DNA of 64,000 nucleotides from Styela clava (Eukaryota): NCBI RefSeq assembly GCF_964204865.1, contig NC_135253.1, positions 4,526,001 to 4,590,000 of the forward strand, read 5' to 3'. Shown piece by piece: positions 13,338 to 26,604 of this stretch (position 1 is its first letter; each line of letters starts with the position of its first letter). The notes under the pieces were generated by a model. It saw only the letters and a program-made list of their open reading frames with translations, ran no database searches and was not told where the DNA came from. The position numbers and the translations under genes were made by a program.

Positions 13338-14915
13338 TTATTTAAGATCTTTGTCAAATTCAGATGCTTGGATCATTCCATCGTTATCAGCATCGAGTTT
13401 CTGGAATTCCTGCTTCATAAGATCATCAAAATCTTTGCTTTGTTCCAAGTTCTGTTCGTTTTGCTCGGTAACGGCATCAAGAAAGGCCAATACATCTTCT
13501 TCATTGTTGGAGTCCAAAATATGGGAAGCAACAATTTGGCCGGATTCGTTGTCCTGTTGATAAAATATTTTGATGTAAATTGTTGTTGCGAATTCAAATT
13601 ATGTACATTTATATAAATTCAATTTAAATGTAAGTATAATTCGTTTTAAATTGTTATAAAGGCACGGTCATGATTGAGCAATAAGGGATTTCTGTGATGA
13701 AGAACTTAAACGGTAAATATACGCTAAATGGTACACCGCAACGTTCTTTGCATATCTCACCAATAATCTGGCAACCATTGCTTCACGAAACTCTGATTGC
13801 GATATAGCGCCGTCCTCATCTTGATCAAGTTCGTTAAACACGTTCCAGGTATTTTTCAGATCTTCTTGATTATTTAGCTGAACCTCCTGGTCACCATATT
13901 TCGATTTACAAGAGTATTTTTTGTGTAGGAACCAACCAGCTGAATAAAAGTAGGGAAAAAAGTGAAGAAATAGCATCACAGTTGCATGTAACCTAACGAT
14001 TTTACTTTTAAATACCGGTAACTAAAATTCCCGGTCTACACAATGTATAGAAAAGCACGAACAATACGCAAATATATGAACACGGTGGCGAATGCGATAA
14101 GAATTAAAGAAGCTATTTCCGAATGAAAATACCCTATTTTTAACGATAATTTAGTCATTTATTATCCAAATGACAGAAATTTGATCGATGAGGCATTTCA
14201 TTTGGTCCATTTGACGGCAATTTTATACAGTAGGCAGTAGAAAATGATTTATTGAATGATAATAAATATACTGGGCATTTCTATAATTTGAATCTTGAAA
14301 CAGTATCAATAACTCACAATAAAATTCAATCGATGGACTTCCACTTCTACATGATCCACAGTTACAGCAAAATGCGTTGCATCCGTACCCGTGTCCACTA
14401 CCCCCGCCACAGCACTTTCTTTTGCCCAGTAGGCTAGTTTTAGAACAATCTTTGCAATAGCCTGTGAAATAATAACGTTTAAAACTTTCTCAATCCTAAA
14501 ACATTTCATTTAAAATTAAATTAGTTTAACTCGAACCATTCATTTTTGTAAAATGTGGAAAAGTAATCAAGACAATGTCTCAAACACTTTTTTAATGGGA
14601 ATAAAAATATGGTCGCTAAAATCTACATATCCGTTTATTAGAGTCTACATTATCAGAAAACTTGAGAGGTCATTACTATATATCCATAACAGATAATAGA
14701 ACGAAATTCGCCGATATATTAAATATATATAACAAATTTGATATTTGAATGTCACAATACCACTAGAAAGAAGAAATAAACCATTTACGGCGAATGCGTC
14801 CACCAATCTATAAATTTTCACACTTACCGTGTTTTCCACGACCACAGCAACGTGCCGAAATTTCCGCTACGGCAAACAGCAGGAATATAGCACTGAGAAC
14901 TAATAATTTATCCAT
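13338..14915 (-). CDS. Secreted Cys-rich (Diedel-like) + EF-hand protein, copy C (208 aa, intact)
   Basis: Exons 14828-14915 (MDKLLVLSAIFLLFAVAEISARCCGRGKH), 14318-14461 (GYCKDCSKTSLLGKRKCCGGGSGHGYGCNAFCCNCGSCRSGSPSIEFY), 13761-13939, 13338-13553 (...DADNDGMIQASEFDKDLK*). All GT-AG and in frame. Confidence 0.9.
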
Positions 14916-15414
14916 CGTAAATATCTCAGATGAGAATAATAGTTGTTTCTAAAAATATAATCTCATCAAAAAAAAGATATGTTTTTCGATGCCTAATATT
15001 ACTACTGAGCTATAACTAGAACGAAGTCAATTAAGAATATTGGCCTCCGAACAAATATATTTGATTGCATACCATATTTGTTTTCACGAATACGTAAGTG
15101 ATACTCTGTATTTTTGTTTGAACCAACGGTGGTTTCTTTTAAGAATATTTTTTAGGATCTTAAGGTTACATACAGGTTTGCGTTTTACTTCAGGCAATAC
15201 ATACATATATTACCAAAAGCTTGTAGTTATCTGTAGTTTATAGATTAATGTCGATATATAACCCACATATCACTATGGAACATGAGCACATTATAAACGG
15301 CTTAGTGGCGCGGTCGAGCAATCTGGAAAATGAAGAATTTGCTCCCAAATAGTTTCTTAAATGTAATTTGCATGACCCTTGGCCGTACGCTGCATAACAT
15401 TATCGTGATACACG

Positions 15415-15808
15415 GCACGTACATCCGTTTCGGCTGTCACAACACCGCTTTAGAGACCTGGAAGAGGTGATAATCATCTATTGTTGTTTTCTTGCCTTAT
15501 AGACGTTTCTTCCTCAGTGCGCTTCATCGACATTTCGCATTGTTATATAAAAACGGTAATTGACTTTAAAATAGCTTTAACAACATTATTTCAAGAGCCT
15601 TATTTTTTTCGTGGCACGTACATCCGTTTCCGCTGTCACAACGCAGCTTTGAAAACTTGGGGAAAGTGATAATCAGCTATTGTTGCTTTCTTGCCTGATA
15701 GACGTTTCTTCCTCAACGCGCTTTATCGACATCTTGCATTGTTATATAGAAACGGTAATTGACTTCAAAATAGCTTTAACAACATTATTTCAAGAGCCTT
15801 ATTTTTTC
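15415..15808. repeat. ~200-bp tandem duplication in the upstream region of copy C (recurs at 23888-24275)
   Basis: Two successive GCACGTACATCCGTTTC...TCAAGAGCCTTATTTTT units. Confidence 0.8.
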
Positions 15809-16365
15809 CGCTAATTCAGCAGACCTCTGTTTTTCATCGCTGCTCGGCAAGGACAATGCACGTTTGGCGTCTTGTATGAACGGTAAATGCGTGAAATAGG
15901 CCACACGAAAACTTAAAAGAAATTTTATGGGGCGCAGTTGTACTTGTAAGTCTTGACTTGCATTAAAGTCACGAGTTTTCCTTCAAAGCGACTTCCTTAT
16001 TTTTCTAAAACAGATCACATACCACAGAATAAATACAACCCAGGTTCTACTTTGTTATTTCCCTCAAATAGTATTTTCGTGAACGCTATGTGACTGATCA
16101 CAGCACTAATAGACGTCACTAATAGAGCGTGGAAGTGTAGAATGTTAGGGTAGAATGTCTTATCGTCTAAATCCGGCCCTTAGTTGAACCTACGTGGGAA
16201 ATCGCCGATCTGAGTATATTCTGCATTGTTGTAACGCACTTGTTTTGCCGAGTTTAGGCTGCGAGCAAACTGCTTTTGTATTGCAGTAGACTAGTGAGCT
16301 ACGTTTCATGATTTGCCGATGTGCCGATAAAGTTGGTAACGTGCCATACATATACTGTAAGGAAT

Positions 16366-16500
16366 ATGCATTTACAGCCACCTCATATACATATACAGCC
16401 AACCAAATATATGTATATTTATACTGCCAAGTCATATGCATATATAGCCAACTGAATATACAAATACAGCCATCAAAGTGATGTACAAATACTGCCAGAT
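16366..16500. repeat. Degenerate minisatellite (~21-27 bp units ending TACAGCCA/TACTGCCA)
   Basis: About six units visible. Confidence 0.6.
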
Positions 16501-16681
16501 CATTTTGTAAAATTACAATTTAGGTATATGCGGTTGCATCTACGAATTATATGCACATTACGGGTCGTTCATATAATTAGCACATTAAAAAAGCGTAATA
16601 AACTCCGAATCGGCTAGTCATTGATGAGGTATTAGCATTAAGGGGTGGTTAGGCTTTACTTACATGATGATTGCGCACAAA

Positions 16682-17616
16682 AAGACATAAAACTACCAGT
16701 ACTCACTCAGTACCAGTGGTACATGATAACTATACATTAGGTACCAATCTATATTATCCTAATACCCCACAACAGCTGATCGTTGATTAAAAAAATGTGT
16801 TGGCTGAAAATCTCTCTTCAGTTAACTATTATTTGGCTACTGGCAATAAACTGTCCACAAACTAATCAAATAAGCGCTTGGTGGAAAAGATAAAACATAA
16901 AACTGCAGGTGCGTGTAGTTCTTGATTTAATAGGTGCCAATCTATGATGTCATAATACTCACAACAGTTGATCGTTGACAATACGAGAAACGTGCTGGCT
17001 GAAAACATCTTCTCAGAGAACTATTCTTTGGCTATTGCCAATAAACTGTCCACAAAATAATCAAATTAACGCTTGGTGGAAAATATAAAACATAGAACTG
17101 CCGGCGCGCGTAGTTCTTGATAAATATACAGTTGGCGCCAATCTATGATGTCATAGTACGCCATAACATTTTATCGTTGATAACACGGAACATGTGCTTG
17201 CTCAAAACCCCTTTCAGAAACTATTCTTTGGCTATTGGTATTAAACTGCCCACAAAATATTAAAATTAACGTTTGGTGGGAAATATAAAACTGCCGGCGC
17301 GCGTAGTTCTTGATAAATATCCAATAGGGCTAGGCGCCAATCTATGATATCATAGTACCCCACAATAGCTGATCGTTGATAATACGAGAAATGTGCTGGC
17401 TCAAAATCTCTTTTCAGAGAACTATTCTTTGGCTATTAGCAATGATCTGTCCACAAAATAATCAAATTAACGCTTGGTGGGAAATATAAAACATAAAACT
17501 GCCGGTGCGTGTAGTTCTTGGTAAATGTCCAATAGCGCCAATCTATGATGTCATACCCCACAACAGTTCATCTTGATAACATGCAAAATGTGCTGACTGA
17601 AAATCTCTCTTCAGTT
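16682..17616. repeat. Tandem array of a ~200-bp unit (~4.5 copies)
   Basis: Units start at ~16682, 16891, 17086, 17283 and 17488 (ACATAAAACTGCCGG...GCCAATCTATGATGTCATA...AACTATTCTTTGGCTATTG...CCACAAAATAATCAAATTAACGCTTGGTGG). Confidence 0.85.
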
Positions 17617-17995
17617 CCTCTGCGTTGGTGGGGTGCATTCTACGAAGACCCCTGGTACACAATGGGGCATTCTATTAAATTCAACGAAATTCGCCGTTGA
17701 AGATTAGCAACGAGTTAACCATCATCATCTATCTACTAACACCATCCAGCGAAATAAAACCTTCAAATTTGGAGATTTATAAATTTTGAAATCAATATTC
17801 AACTGAAATGTATTGAATATTTTTTCAAAAATATCCTCAAACAAATTGATAACATAAAACTACTTTGGATACATGCGTATCTAACGAGTCATTACAAAAT
17901 TACTCTTGAATATTTTAGATTCTTATGATTAAATCAATGCAAGGATGCTGTAGCAAGAGTAAAGTTAACTATTCTGAGTGATCAATAGTCTTGCC

Positions 17996-18154
17996 GCACA
18001 CTAACACAAATATATTTCTGTAACGTTTCGTTTGGCCATGGACTTCTTCAGGCATATATAGTTCAACTATAACTACTAGTTGAACTATGTATGTCTGAAA
18101 AAGGGTGACCTTGATCCGACGAAACGTTACAGAAATATATTTGTGTTAATGTGC
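17996..18154. repeat. ~160-bp inverted repeat (foldback)
   Basis: GCACACTAACACAAATATATTTCTGTAACGTTTCG pairs with CGAAACGTTACAGAAATATATTTGTGTTAATGTGC; inner stem ATAGTTCAACTA / TAGTTGAACTAT. Confidence 0.85.
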
Positions 18155-19616
18155 ATCAAGAATCATTCAGGTTATTAAGAATCTTTTTATTTTGAAAATG
18201 CGAATCATACATCATACTAAATTCATACAAATACATACAATTATTATCAAGTAAAATGAATCCAGGTATCTTCAATGTAGATGTCGAGAAGATTTTTTTC
18301 AACATCAGACCAAACAAAGAAACAAGATCCAGTTTTATGCAGCGCATGTTGTGTGTTTTAAAAAAGGAATAATACAGTACTGTGATAGTGCAAAATACGA
18401 TAAACGAATATAGTATTTGACTCTTGGCAAGACCGATAGAGCCTATAATTACGTAACGAATAAAAGTTTCGGTACTGCCAAGGTTTAGAAATGAACCTGT
18501 TTCGCTCCAAGAGTAGTGCGATAAATTGTATTCGCAACGGTAGCAGTGGCATCAGAATGCCCAATTTGTTCTAATTCGAGTGAAGAATCGGATTCGGAGG
18601 AAATTGGAAATTGAATACCGAAGTTTTAGCAGTCATGTAACATTTATGGTTTGGGGATATTTCTTTTCCGCTATATGGACATTTGGCTAAGTTTCTGGGT
18701 AATTTTCAACACTTACAACTAAAAATGAGTCAGATGTTAGATCTGAGTTGTATGATTCGAATAAATCTTATATAAATGATGAAATATTCACTCAACAAAC
18801 AAAATACAAATTTTTGTGACGATTTCATTAGGAATGCGCCCAAAGAACGATCTTATTAGCAGCGGCGAAATGTTTTGCATGCGTGTGTGCAGTTATCTGC
18901 ATATCCAGTATATACTCATTCGTTTTTGTGTATGACCTTATTACCGATCAGTCGGAAGCAGGTTGGCCACCCCTGCGATATGGGATCGAATTTTGTGCAG
19001 GAGTCGGGCGTGCCAAACTATATCAAAAGTTTTAACAATTGATTCAGCTCAACCGTTTCGATAATTTGCATAGGATTGACAAAACAATAATGGGGCGAAA
19101 TGGGATTCGTTCGATCGCCACTGTTTTTAAAATCGGGATCAATGATAGCCTCGACAAAATACTGGTTCCACGACAAAGTCTTCGTTCGCTATAGGTGGCT
19201 GTTTCTGTTGAATATATATTCAAATTTAATTGAATCATGATAAACATAATTCATATATAACACAAACGAAGAGAATTTTATTACTCTAGTATGGTCACAA
19301 CGATATCATGTTTAGTCATCATTCGTGTCTACTGATCTGATCAAATAAGATAAAAATATTCTCTTAGAACATTAACTGGAATTATAGATTTATGTAGTAT
19401 ATAGAGTCTTGGATATAAATATTTACAATAGCATGTCATGATTTTCGCGTTGACCAGTGGTTATATGTTTAAATCGAATTCGTGTTCATCAGTGTTCTAG
19501 GTAAAATAACGTTGACAGATCGTGATGTTGAAAATATTCATAGTTGAATTTGATTAGTTACTTTTAGAATGTGAAAGAGATAATGAGTAATTTTGCAACA
19601 AATATTCTGTTCCTGT

Positions 19617-21739
19617 TTATTCAAGATCTTTGTCAAATTCAGTTGCTTGGATCATTCCGTCGTTATCAGCATCGAGTTTCTGGAATTCCTGCTTCATAAG
19701 ATCGTCAAGATCTCTGCTTTGTTCCAAGTCTTGTTCGTGTTGCTCAGTAACGACATCAAGAAGGGCCAATACATCTTCTTCGTTGTTGGAGTCCAATAAA
19801 TGAGAAGCAACTAATTGACCGGATTCGTTGTCCTGGTGATATAAAATGTAAAGTGCTGTTATGGAGAACAAATTTGCGCTAATTACTCGATAGTGAGTTA
19901 TGCCTTACTACCGATATAACACACTAGAGACGTACCGATACTACTTTTGTCGCCGATACCAACAGAAAAACGCCAATATTTCGAAAAGTCGATATTCCGT
20001 AACTATGTAATTATAACTTTAGGGGTGCAGGGCGGACGGGTTGTAACAATAGTCTTTAAGCATTATTTATACTGCACATTATTTCAGCTTGAAATAGAAA
20101 TATTTCAGATAAGATGAGAAATCGAAGTTTGTGATACAGATGCATAAATTGATTCGGATGCATTGTGCACCGACGTTCGTAAACTAGAGACTCAATTAGA
20201 AAACTAATTTTGTGCAAATATAACGTTGTATTTTACACATTGGAAAATATTCGATTGATATATTTCTTCATAATTACCATGTCATATTAAAATGTCCGTT
20301 TGAAAAGTTGGCAGCAAAAATAGCCAAATTAGTTGAGAGTTAACGAGGCGATTAATTTCAACATCCGTATTTCAACCTATTTTCGAAGCATTCTGGATCA
20401 CATTGAAAAGCTAAATATATAGGAAATAGCGGTATACATTTAGCTGATACCGAGAAATAGCCGATATTCCCGATAACCATACATTGGTACATCTCTACAA
20501 CAAACACGCTCCTATACTCCATTTCACCAAGTTTTTGCCGAGTTGGGCAATTAAGATTTCTGTGGTAAATAAAGAACTTAATCGGTTGATGTACAGTACA
20601 GTGTTCTGTTTGTATATATATCTCACCAGCAATCTTGCAGTCATTGCTTCACGAAACTCAGATTGCGATATGATTCCGTCTTCATTTTCATCAAGTTCGT
20701 TAAACACGTCCCAGGTATTTTTCAGATCCTCCTGATTTTTTTGTTGAAGCCGCTCGTCTCCCAATTCCAGTTTACAAGAGAATTTTTTGCTCAAAATCCA
20801 ACCAGCTGAATCCAGATGAGAAAGAATAAAAAAAGGAAAAAAAATCATTACAGTTGCATGAAACCCAACGATTTTACATATAATTACCAGTAACTTCACC
20901 GGTCATCACAGGTCTACACAGTGTACGGTTATGGAGTTCATCATAAAAACGAACGAACATTGCTCAAATATATGGACAGTAAGCGAATGACGTTAGGAAT
21001 AAAGACGCTTCCGGCTGAAATTAACCTATTCGAAACAATAGTCTGGCCATTTATTGTACAAGTGGCATCAATTTAATCAATAAGGCATTTCATTCGTTCC
21101 ATGTGACGGCAATTTTAGTGGGCAGGCAAACAGGACTCATCGCATGGTTATCAAGTACCGGTAATTTCTATAATTTGAATCTTGAACAATATCAAATACT
21201 CACAGAGGAATTTAATCGATGCACGCCCAGTTCTACATAATCCACAGTCACAGCACACTATGTTGCATCCCTTTCCGTTTCCACTACCGGAACCACAGCA
21301 CTTCCTGCGGTTCCATATGCTAACTTTAGCGCAGTCTTTGCAGAAGCCTGTGAAAATAACGTGAAACACTATGGAACCTTTTTCAATCCTGGAACATATT
21401 TCATTTGTAATGGGATTAACTTGTTACAAGAACATTTGTAGATAACTCAAGACAATATCACAAGTCCTTTTTTGAAAGTGGAATTACTACTTAATCGAAT
21501 CCTGAATTGGGATTCCCAAATAGAACAAAAATAAATATATATATATATATTTAATATTCGAATATCAAAAAAAAAACACTAGAAAGAATAACTAATGTAC
21601 ACCATTTGAACCAGCATATCATGCGTCTACGAATATAATTTTCACACTCACCGTTTTGTCCACGACCACAGCAAATTGCCGAAATTTCCGCTACGGCAAA
21701 AAGCAGGAGTATAGCAATAATACCTAAAAGATTATTCAT
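19617..21739 (-). CDS. Secreted Cys-rich (Diedel-like) + EF-hand protein, copy D (208 aa, intact)
   Basis: Exons 21652-21739, 21204-21347 (GFCKDCAKVSIWNRRKCCGSGSGNGKGCNIVCCDCGLCRTGRASIKFL), 20627-20805 (DENEDGIISQSE), 19617-19832 (DADNDGMIQATE). GT-AG and in frame. Confidence 0.9.
19925..20497. mobile_element. Ac-type hAT MITE in intron 3 of copy D (same insertion as in copy B)
   Basis: TAGAGACG...CATCTCTA termini, preceded by TAACACAC; colinear with 5296-5883. Confidence 0.75.
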
Positions 21740-24700
21740 TGTAAATATCCCAGATGAAATTGATAGTTATTTCTAAAATATATTTGCATTAAAAAAGATA
21801 TGTTCATAGTCAGCGCTCTTCAATGCCCAATAGTACTGAATTATAACGAGGAAGAAGTCAATTAGGAATGTGAGCCTCCGCAAACAGAAACTTAATTGTA
21901 TGCCATTTCGTTCTTTTACGAATGCGGGGGTGATACTATGTATCCCCGTTCAAACCAATGGTAGTTTCATTTTTAGAATTCATAGTATTTCATGATTCCG
22001 ATTTTGTGTTTCACTTTCGGCAATATATATATATATATATGTTGCTCCCAAATACCTTAAATTCCTTAAACATAATAATTTGCATGACCCTGGACACGTA
22101 TGCTGCATAACATTATCCTGATACATCTCTAATATACGTCCCCTAATCGGGAGGCGAACCTGCAACTCCCCTAGACAATCTGCTGTAGTATGACAAGCGA
22201 GGTACAAACGCAAATATCTACTACATTATTTCGGCACAAAAATCGACAAAGTTGATAATATATCTGTTTATTTTGCAAATGGAAGTCATACACAAAATCA
22301 CAATTATTAGTGAGTGAAATGAATTCGAGCATTTCCAATGTAGATTTGAGGAGACTTATCTCAACTCCATACTAAACAAAGAAACAAGTACAAGTTGTTA
22401 GTTTCTTTCATTCTGCACTTCGCTATCAGTGTAATATCAATCGAAAGCACGTTAATTTTGTCAACGAATACTAGACGATACAACCTGACAAGTCAAGAGC
22501 ATGACATGAAAATGTTTTCTTCTTCCACTATTAAAAATTTTGAAACGGATATTTGTTTACAGAGACTCCCACACAAAAATATTTGTTTTGATGAGTAAAA
22601 AGTCTTAGCTGTCAATAAATGGAAATTCCACTAAGCCACATTGTGTCGAGAAGCATAATATCCTTACCACATTCCGATGGAGACATATATTTTTTTTTCA
22701 AAACCTATAATCATAGCAAACTGCAATATTATAAATAACTTATTAGTGGAAATGACCTGATGCTATTTTATGCCCCTGGTGCACTTAGAAAGTTTTAATG
22801 ATAGGCCGATAAGGAATATCTTGACAGTCATGCACATTCTTATGATGATAAAATATCCATTTCTGGACATAAGAAATAAAGTGAGCTTAATAGAATGTCC
22901 TCAAAATTCAGTATCAGATGAAATGACGAATTGATCAACACAGCTCCAGAGTAAAAAAAATCAAATGATATATTGCTGGTTTCAAATCTGTGCTTAATAC
23001 GAGATAACAATGTATTGTCCAATGAGGAATCAGTCCAAAAGCATTTCAAATCGCCAGTCAAGTCAAACTTGCATCCCAAGGTGGTCAACAAACTTTACTT
23101 TTATCAAAACAAGTTCACAGCCTACAATAATCATACAATAAATCTGATTGATTGGAATTTAAAGGGATATATATAGTATATATTCAATAGCATTGGGCTA
23201 GTAAATAACAAGATTAATGCTACACCGGTATAGAATCTACATCGTTTCCTAAGTCTCTTCCTTCAACCTTCATCGATTTGAATATTATCGCATAGCAAAA
23301 GCGATTCAAATCCTCCCATCTGGAAACCTTCAATGGCCAAACAATATTTTATTTTTCTAAATGCATTCGGTCACAATGTTTTAATGCCAGTGCGAAGAAG
23401 CAAACTGCGGTGAAATTTGAATCATAAATAGGGATCACTAGATGTCGATATAGACATACTGTACTAACCTAAATCAAAACTATGGCGACTGGCGACATTT
23501 TAAATTTGTAGTCTACAATATGTCACGCATTGTTACATTAGTTTATATTGATTTGAAAAGACCGCATAGTTTGTCGTCTGGAGTCGTGAGGTTTTTTTTA
23601 GTTTCTGGAATAATCGCCCGTAGTTTGAGGTAACCAAACACTGAACAACCTCAAGGTTACAATTAACGAAAATTTTTATTAGAAATATTAGTATTCACGG
23701 CGACTAAACCGTGATTGTTTCGTGAAGTGAAGTGCTATGTCAACGTTACGGGCATTTTTACGGGCACATTATAAACGTTTTAGTCGCGCAATTCTGGAAA
23801 ATGAAGAAATTGCTCCCAAATAGTTTCATAAAATGATAATTTTCATAACTCTGGATCGTATGCTGCATAACATTATCTTGATACACAGCACGTACATCCG
23901 TTTTCCGCTGGCACAACACCTCTTTGGAAACCAGGGAAAAGTGTAATCAGCTATTGCTTTATTGCCTCATAGACGTTTCTTCCTCAGTGCGCTTTATCGA
24001 CATCTTGCTTTGTTATATAAAAACGATACTTGACTTTAAAATAGCTTTAGCAACATTATTTCAAGAGCCTTATTTTTCCGTGGCACGTACATCCGTTTCC
24101 GCTATCACAACCCAGCTTTGAAAACCTGGGGAAAGTGATAATCAGCTATTGTTGCTCTATTGCCTGATAGACGTTTCTTCCTCAATGCGCTTTATCGATA
24201 TCTTGCTTTGTTATATAAAAACGGTAATTGATTATAAATTAGCTTTAACAACATTATTTCAGGAGCCTTATTTTTTCCGTTAATTCAGCAGACCTCCGTT
24301 TTTCATCGCTGTTTGGCAGGGACAATGCACGTTTGGCGTGCTTGTACTTGACGAAAAAGAATTGTTTTTTTTTTGTCTGTTTTGTATAAAAAGACTGTAT
24401 TGTATTAATTTTTGTATGAAATAGGCTAAAACTAAAACAAGAGAAATGGATGTAAAAACTTGCCGATCGTTTCTTATTCGCAATAAACCCCCTGAATCGC
24501 CTCAAATATCGATGGTTTGCCAATACACGCCTTCTCAAGCTGTAGCGCAATGCGTCACAAGCGTGGTTGGCGGAGAAAGTCGACCGATAAGCCATCACGT
24601 GAATCACCCTGTGTGAAGGCGAGGAGTCCAGCAATGCTCTTGCACATAGTCACATCTATCGCGGGATCAAAACCAAGATCGGATATACCATTAGGCAAGG

Positions 24701-26604
24701 TGGGGTAAGAGTAAATACCTAGGGGGCTAAAATATCGAGGTTCTTGACAATCAATTTTGAATTATTATTCATTTAAAATCGTTTTTAAATTGTAAAGGCT
24801 TGTTGGAAAATGATACGAGCTTAAAACTTTATAGATCTCATATATTTTACTTAGATTAATAACTCTTTTTACTGTTTGAAAAAGATTAAAAAGGTAAAAT
24901 AAGATCGAATAAATAAATTTGTGTAGCTTTGAAAAACTCTACCCATTTAACCCTAAAAATAAAGTATGGTAATTTAAATTAACTGAACAGTTTTAATCGT
25001 AATAATGCTTTTATTTTATGAGAAAAAATATTAATATATAGCCATATAAGCTAATTCATCTAAGCAACAAATAATGTAAGCATTAGTATATATATATATA
25101 TATATATAAAGCCGCCAATCCCAAGTATAGTCACCACGATGCGAGCGGTATTTGTATAAAAAAAAAATACAAAACTTAAACGCCACTTCCCGTGTCATTC
25201 TTCATGTAACGGCTCAATTCGCAAATTTTCAAAAACTTGTGCAAAACGCGAGTTATATACTAAGAGAACTGATGTTCTAAAAATTGTTATGTGTGATACA
25301 GAATGTTTTTAGACATCGAAACTGAATATGTCAGGATTCGCCGGAAACAAGGGCTTCAAATGGAAATTGCGGACTGAATTAATGTTTCTCCGAGCAGACT
25401 TCCTTGTTTACTTCGTAACATTGGCCAATCACCATGATGTAAAGAGTGACGTAGTTTCGCATCCGCTCAGACAGATTTTCAGACGTCGTCGTAAACATTA
25501 CCTCGTTTTCGCGTTTTTGAAATCTATTCGTTAGTGTTTAGTTGTGTTTCGGATATTTAAATATATATCAAATAATTCAATGATCACTTTGTTTTCTTAG
25601 GAGTTTCAGTTTAATTGCAGTAATCAAAAATTAGTGTAGAAATAGCTGCGTTAGACTAGGCTAAAATTCTTTACCGGTACTTTTAAAAAACAGATTGTTT
25701 AATGCTATGAATCAAAATGATGGTTTGAAACAAAAATACCCCATTTCACAGGCGCCAATTCGCTAAACCACTCTTGAAATAAGCACCGAAAATTTTGCAG
25801 TGGTAAAGTATAGGAAGAATTTTACGGGGGGGGGGGTCCATAAATCGCCTTATTCGGTCACAATCACGTCACTTCAACTTGACGACATCCGGAGCCATAA
25901 AGTTTTGTGCGCTTATTCGGCGCGCGACAAGTCGCGCCTATTAGTCGTCGTTTTTTACACATTCCACAGGGGGGCGACCGCAAACCCCACTCTCCCTGAT
26001 ATAGACATACAGTACTAACCTGAATCAAAGCTTTGGCGAATGGCGACATATTAGATCTAATCTAATTTGTCTAATGTCAGCGACATTTACCAGGATTCGT
26101 TCGATCACGATTCGTTCGGTTTCTTGATAAAGTCTTCGTTCGTTATAGGTGGCTGTTCCAAGTGTTTATGCCCAATATATTCAAATTGATTTTAAACATG
26201 ACAAATATAATTCATATATTACACAAAAGAAGAGGATTTTATTACTTACTACTTTAGTATGGTTCTAATAAAAACGCCAAAAAGCCACAACGTTGAAATG
26301 TTTATTCATCATTCGTGTCTAACGGTCTGATTAAATAAGATAAAAAATATTCTCTCAGAACCTTAACTATAACTATTGGTTTAGTATATAGAGTCTTGAA
26401 TATAAATATTGGAAATAGAATGTCATGATTCTCGTGCTGCACAGATGATTATACGTTTAAATCTAATTCGTGTTTATCACGGTTTTAAGTAAAATAAAGA
26501 TGTGAGATCCTGCTGTTGAGAATATTTCTAGTTGAATTCGATTAGTTACTTTTAGAATGTGAAATGGATTTTGAGAAGTTTTGCAATATTTCTTATGTTT
26601 CTGT

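Noticed and set aside
25087-25108. (TA)n microsatellites here and at ~3630, ~5645 and ~22025
   Set aside because: Ordinary for an AT-rich genome.
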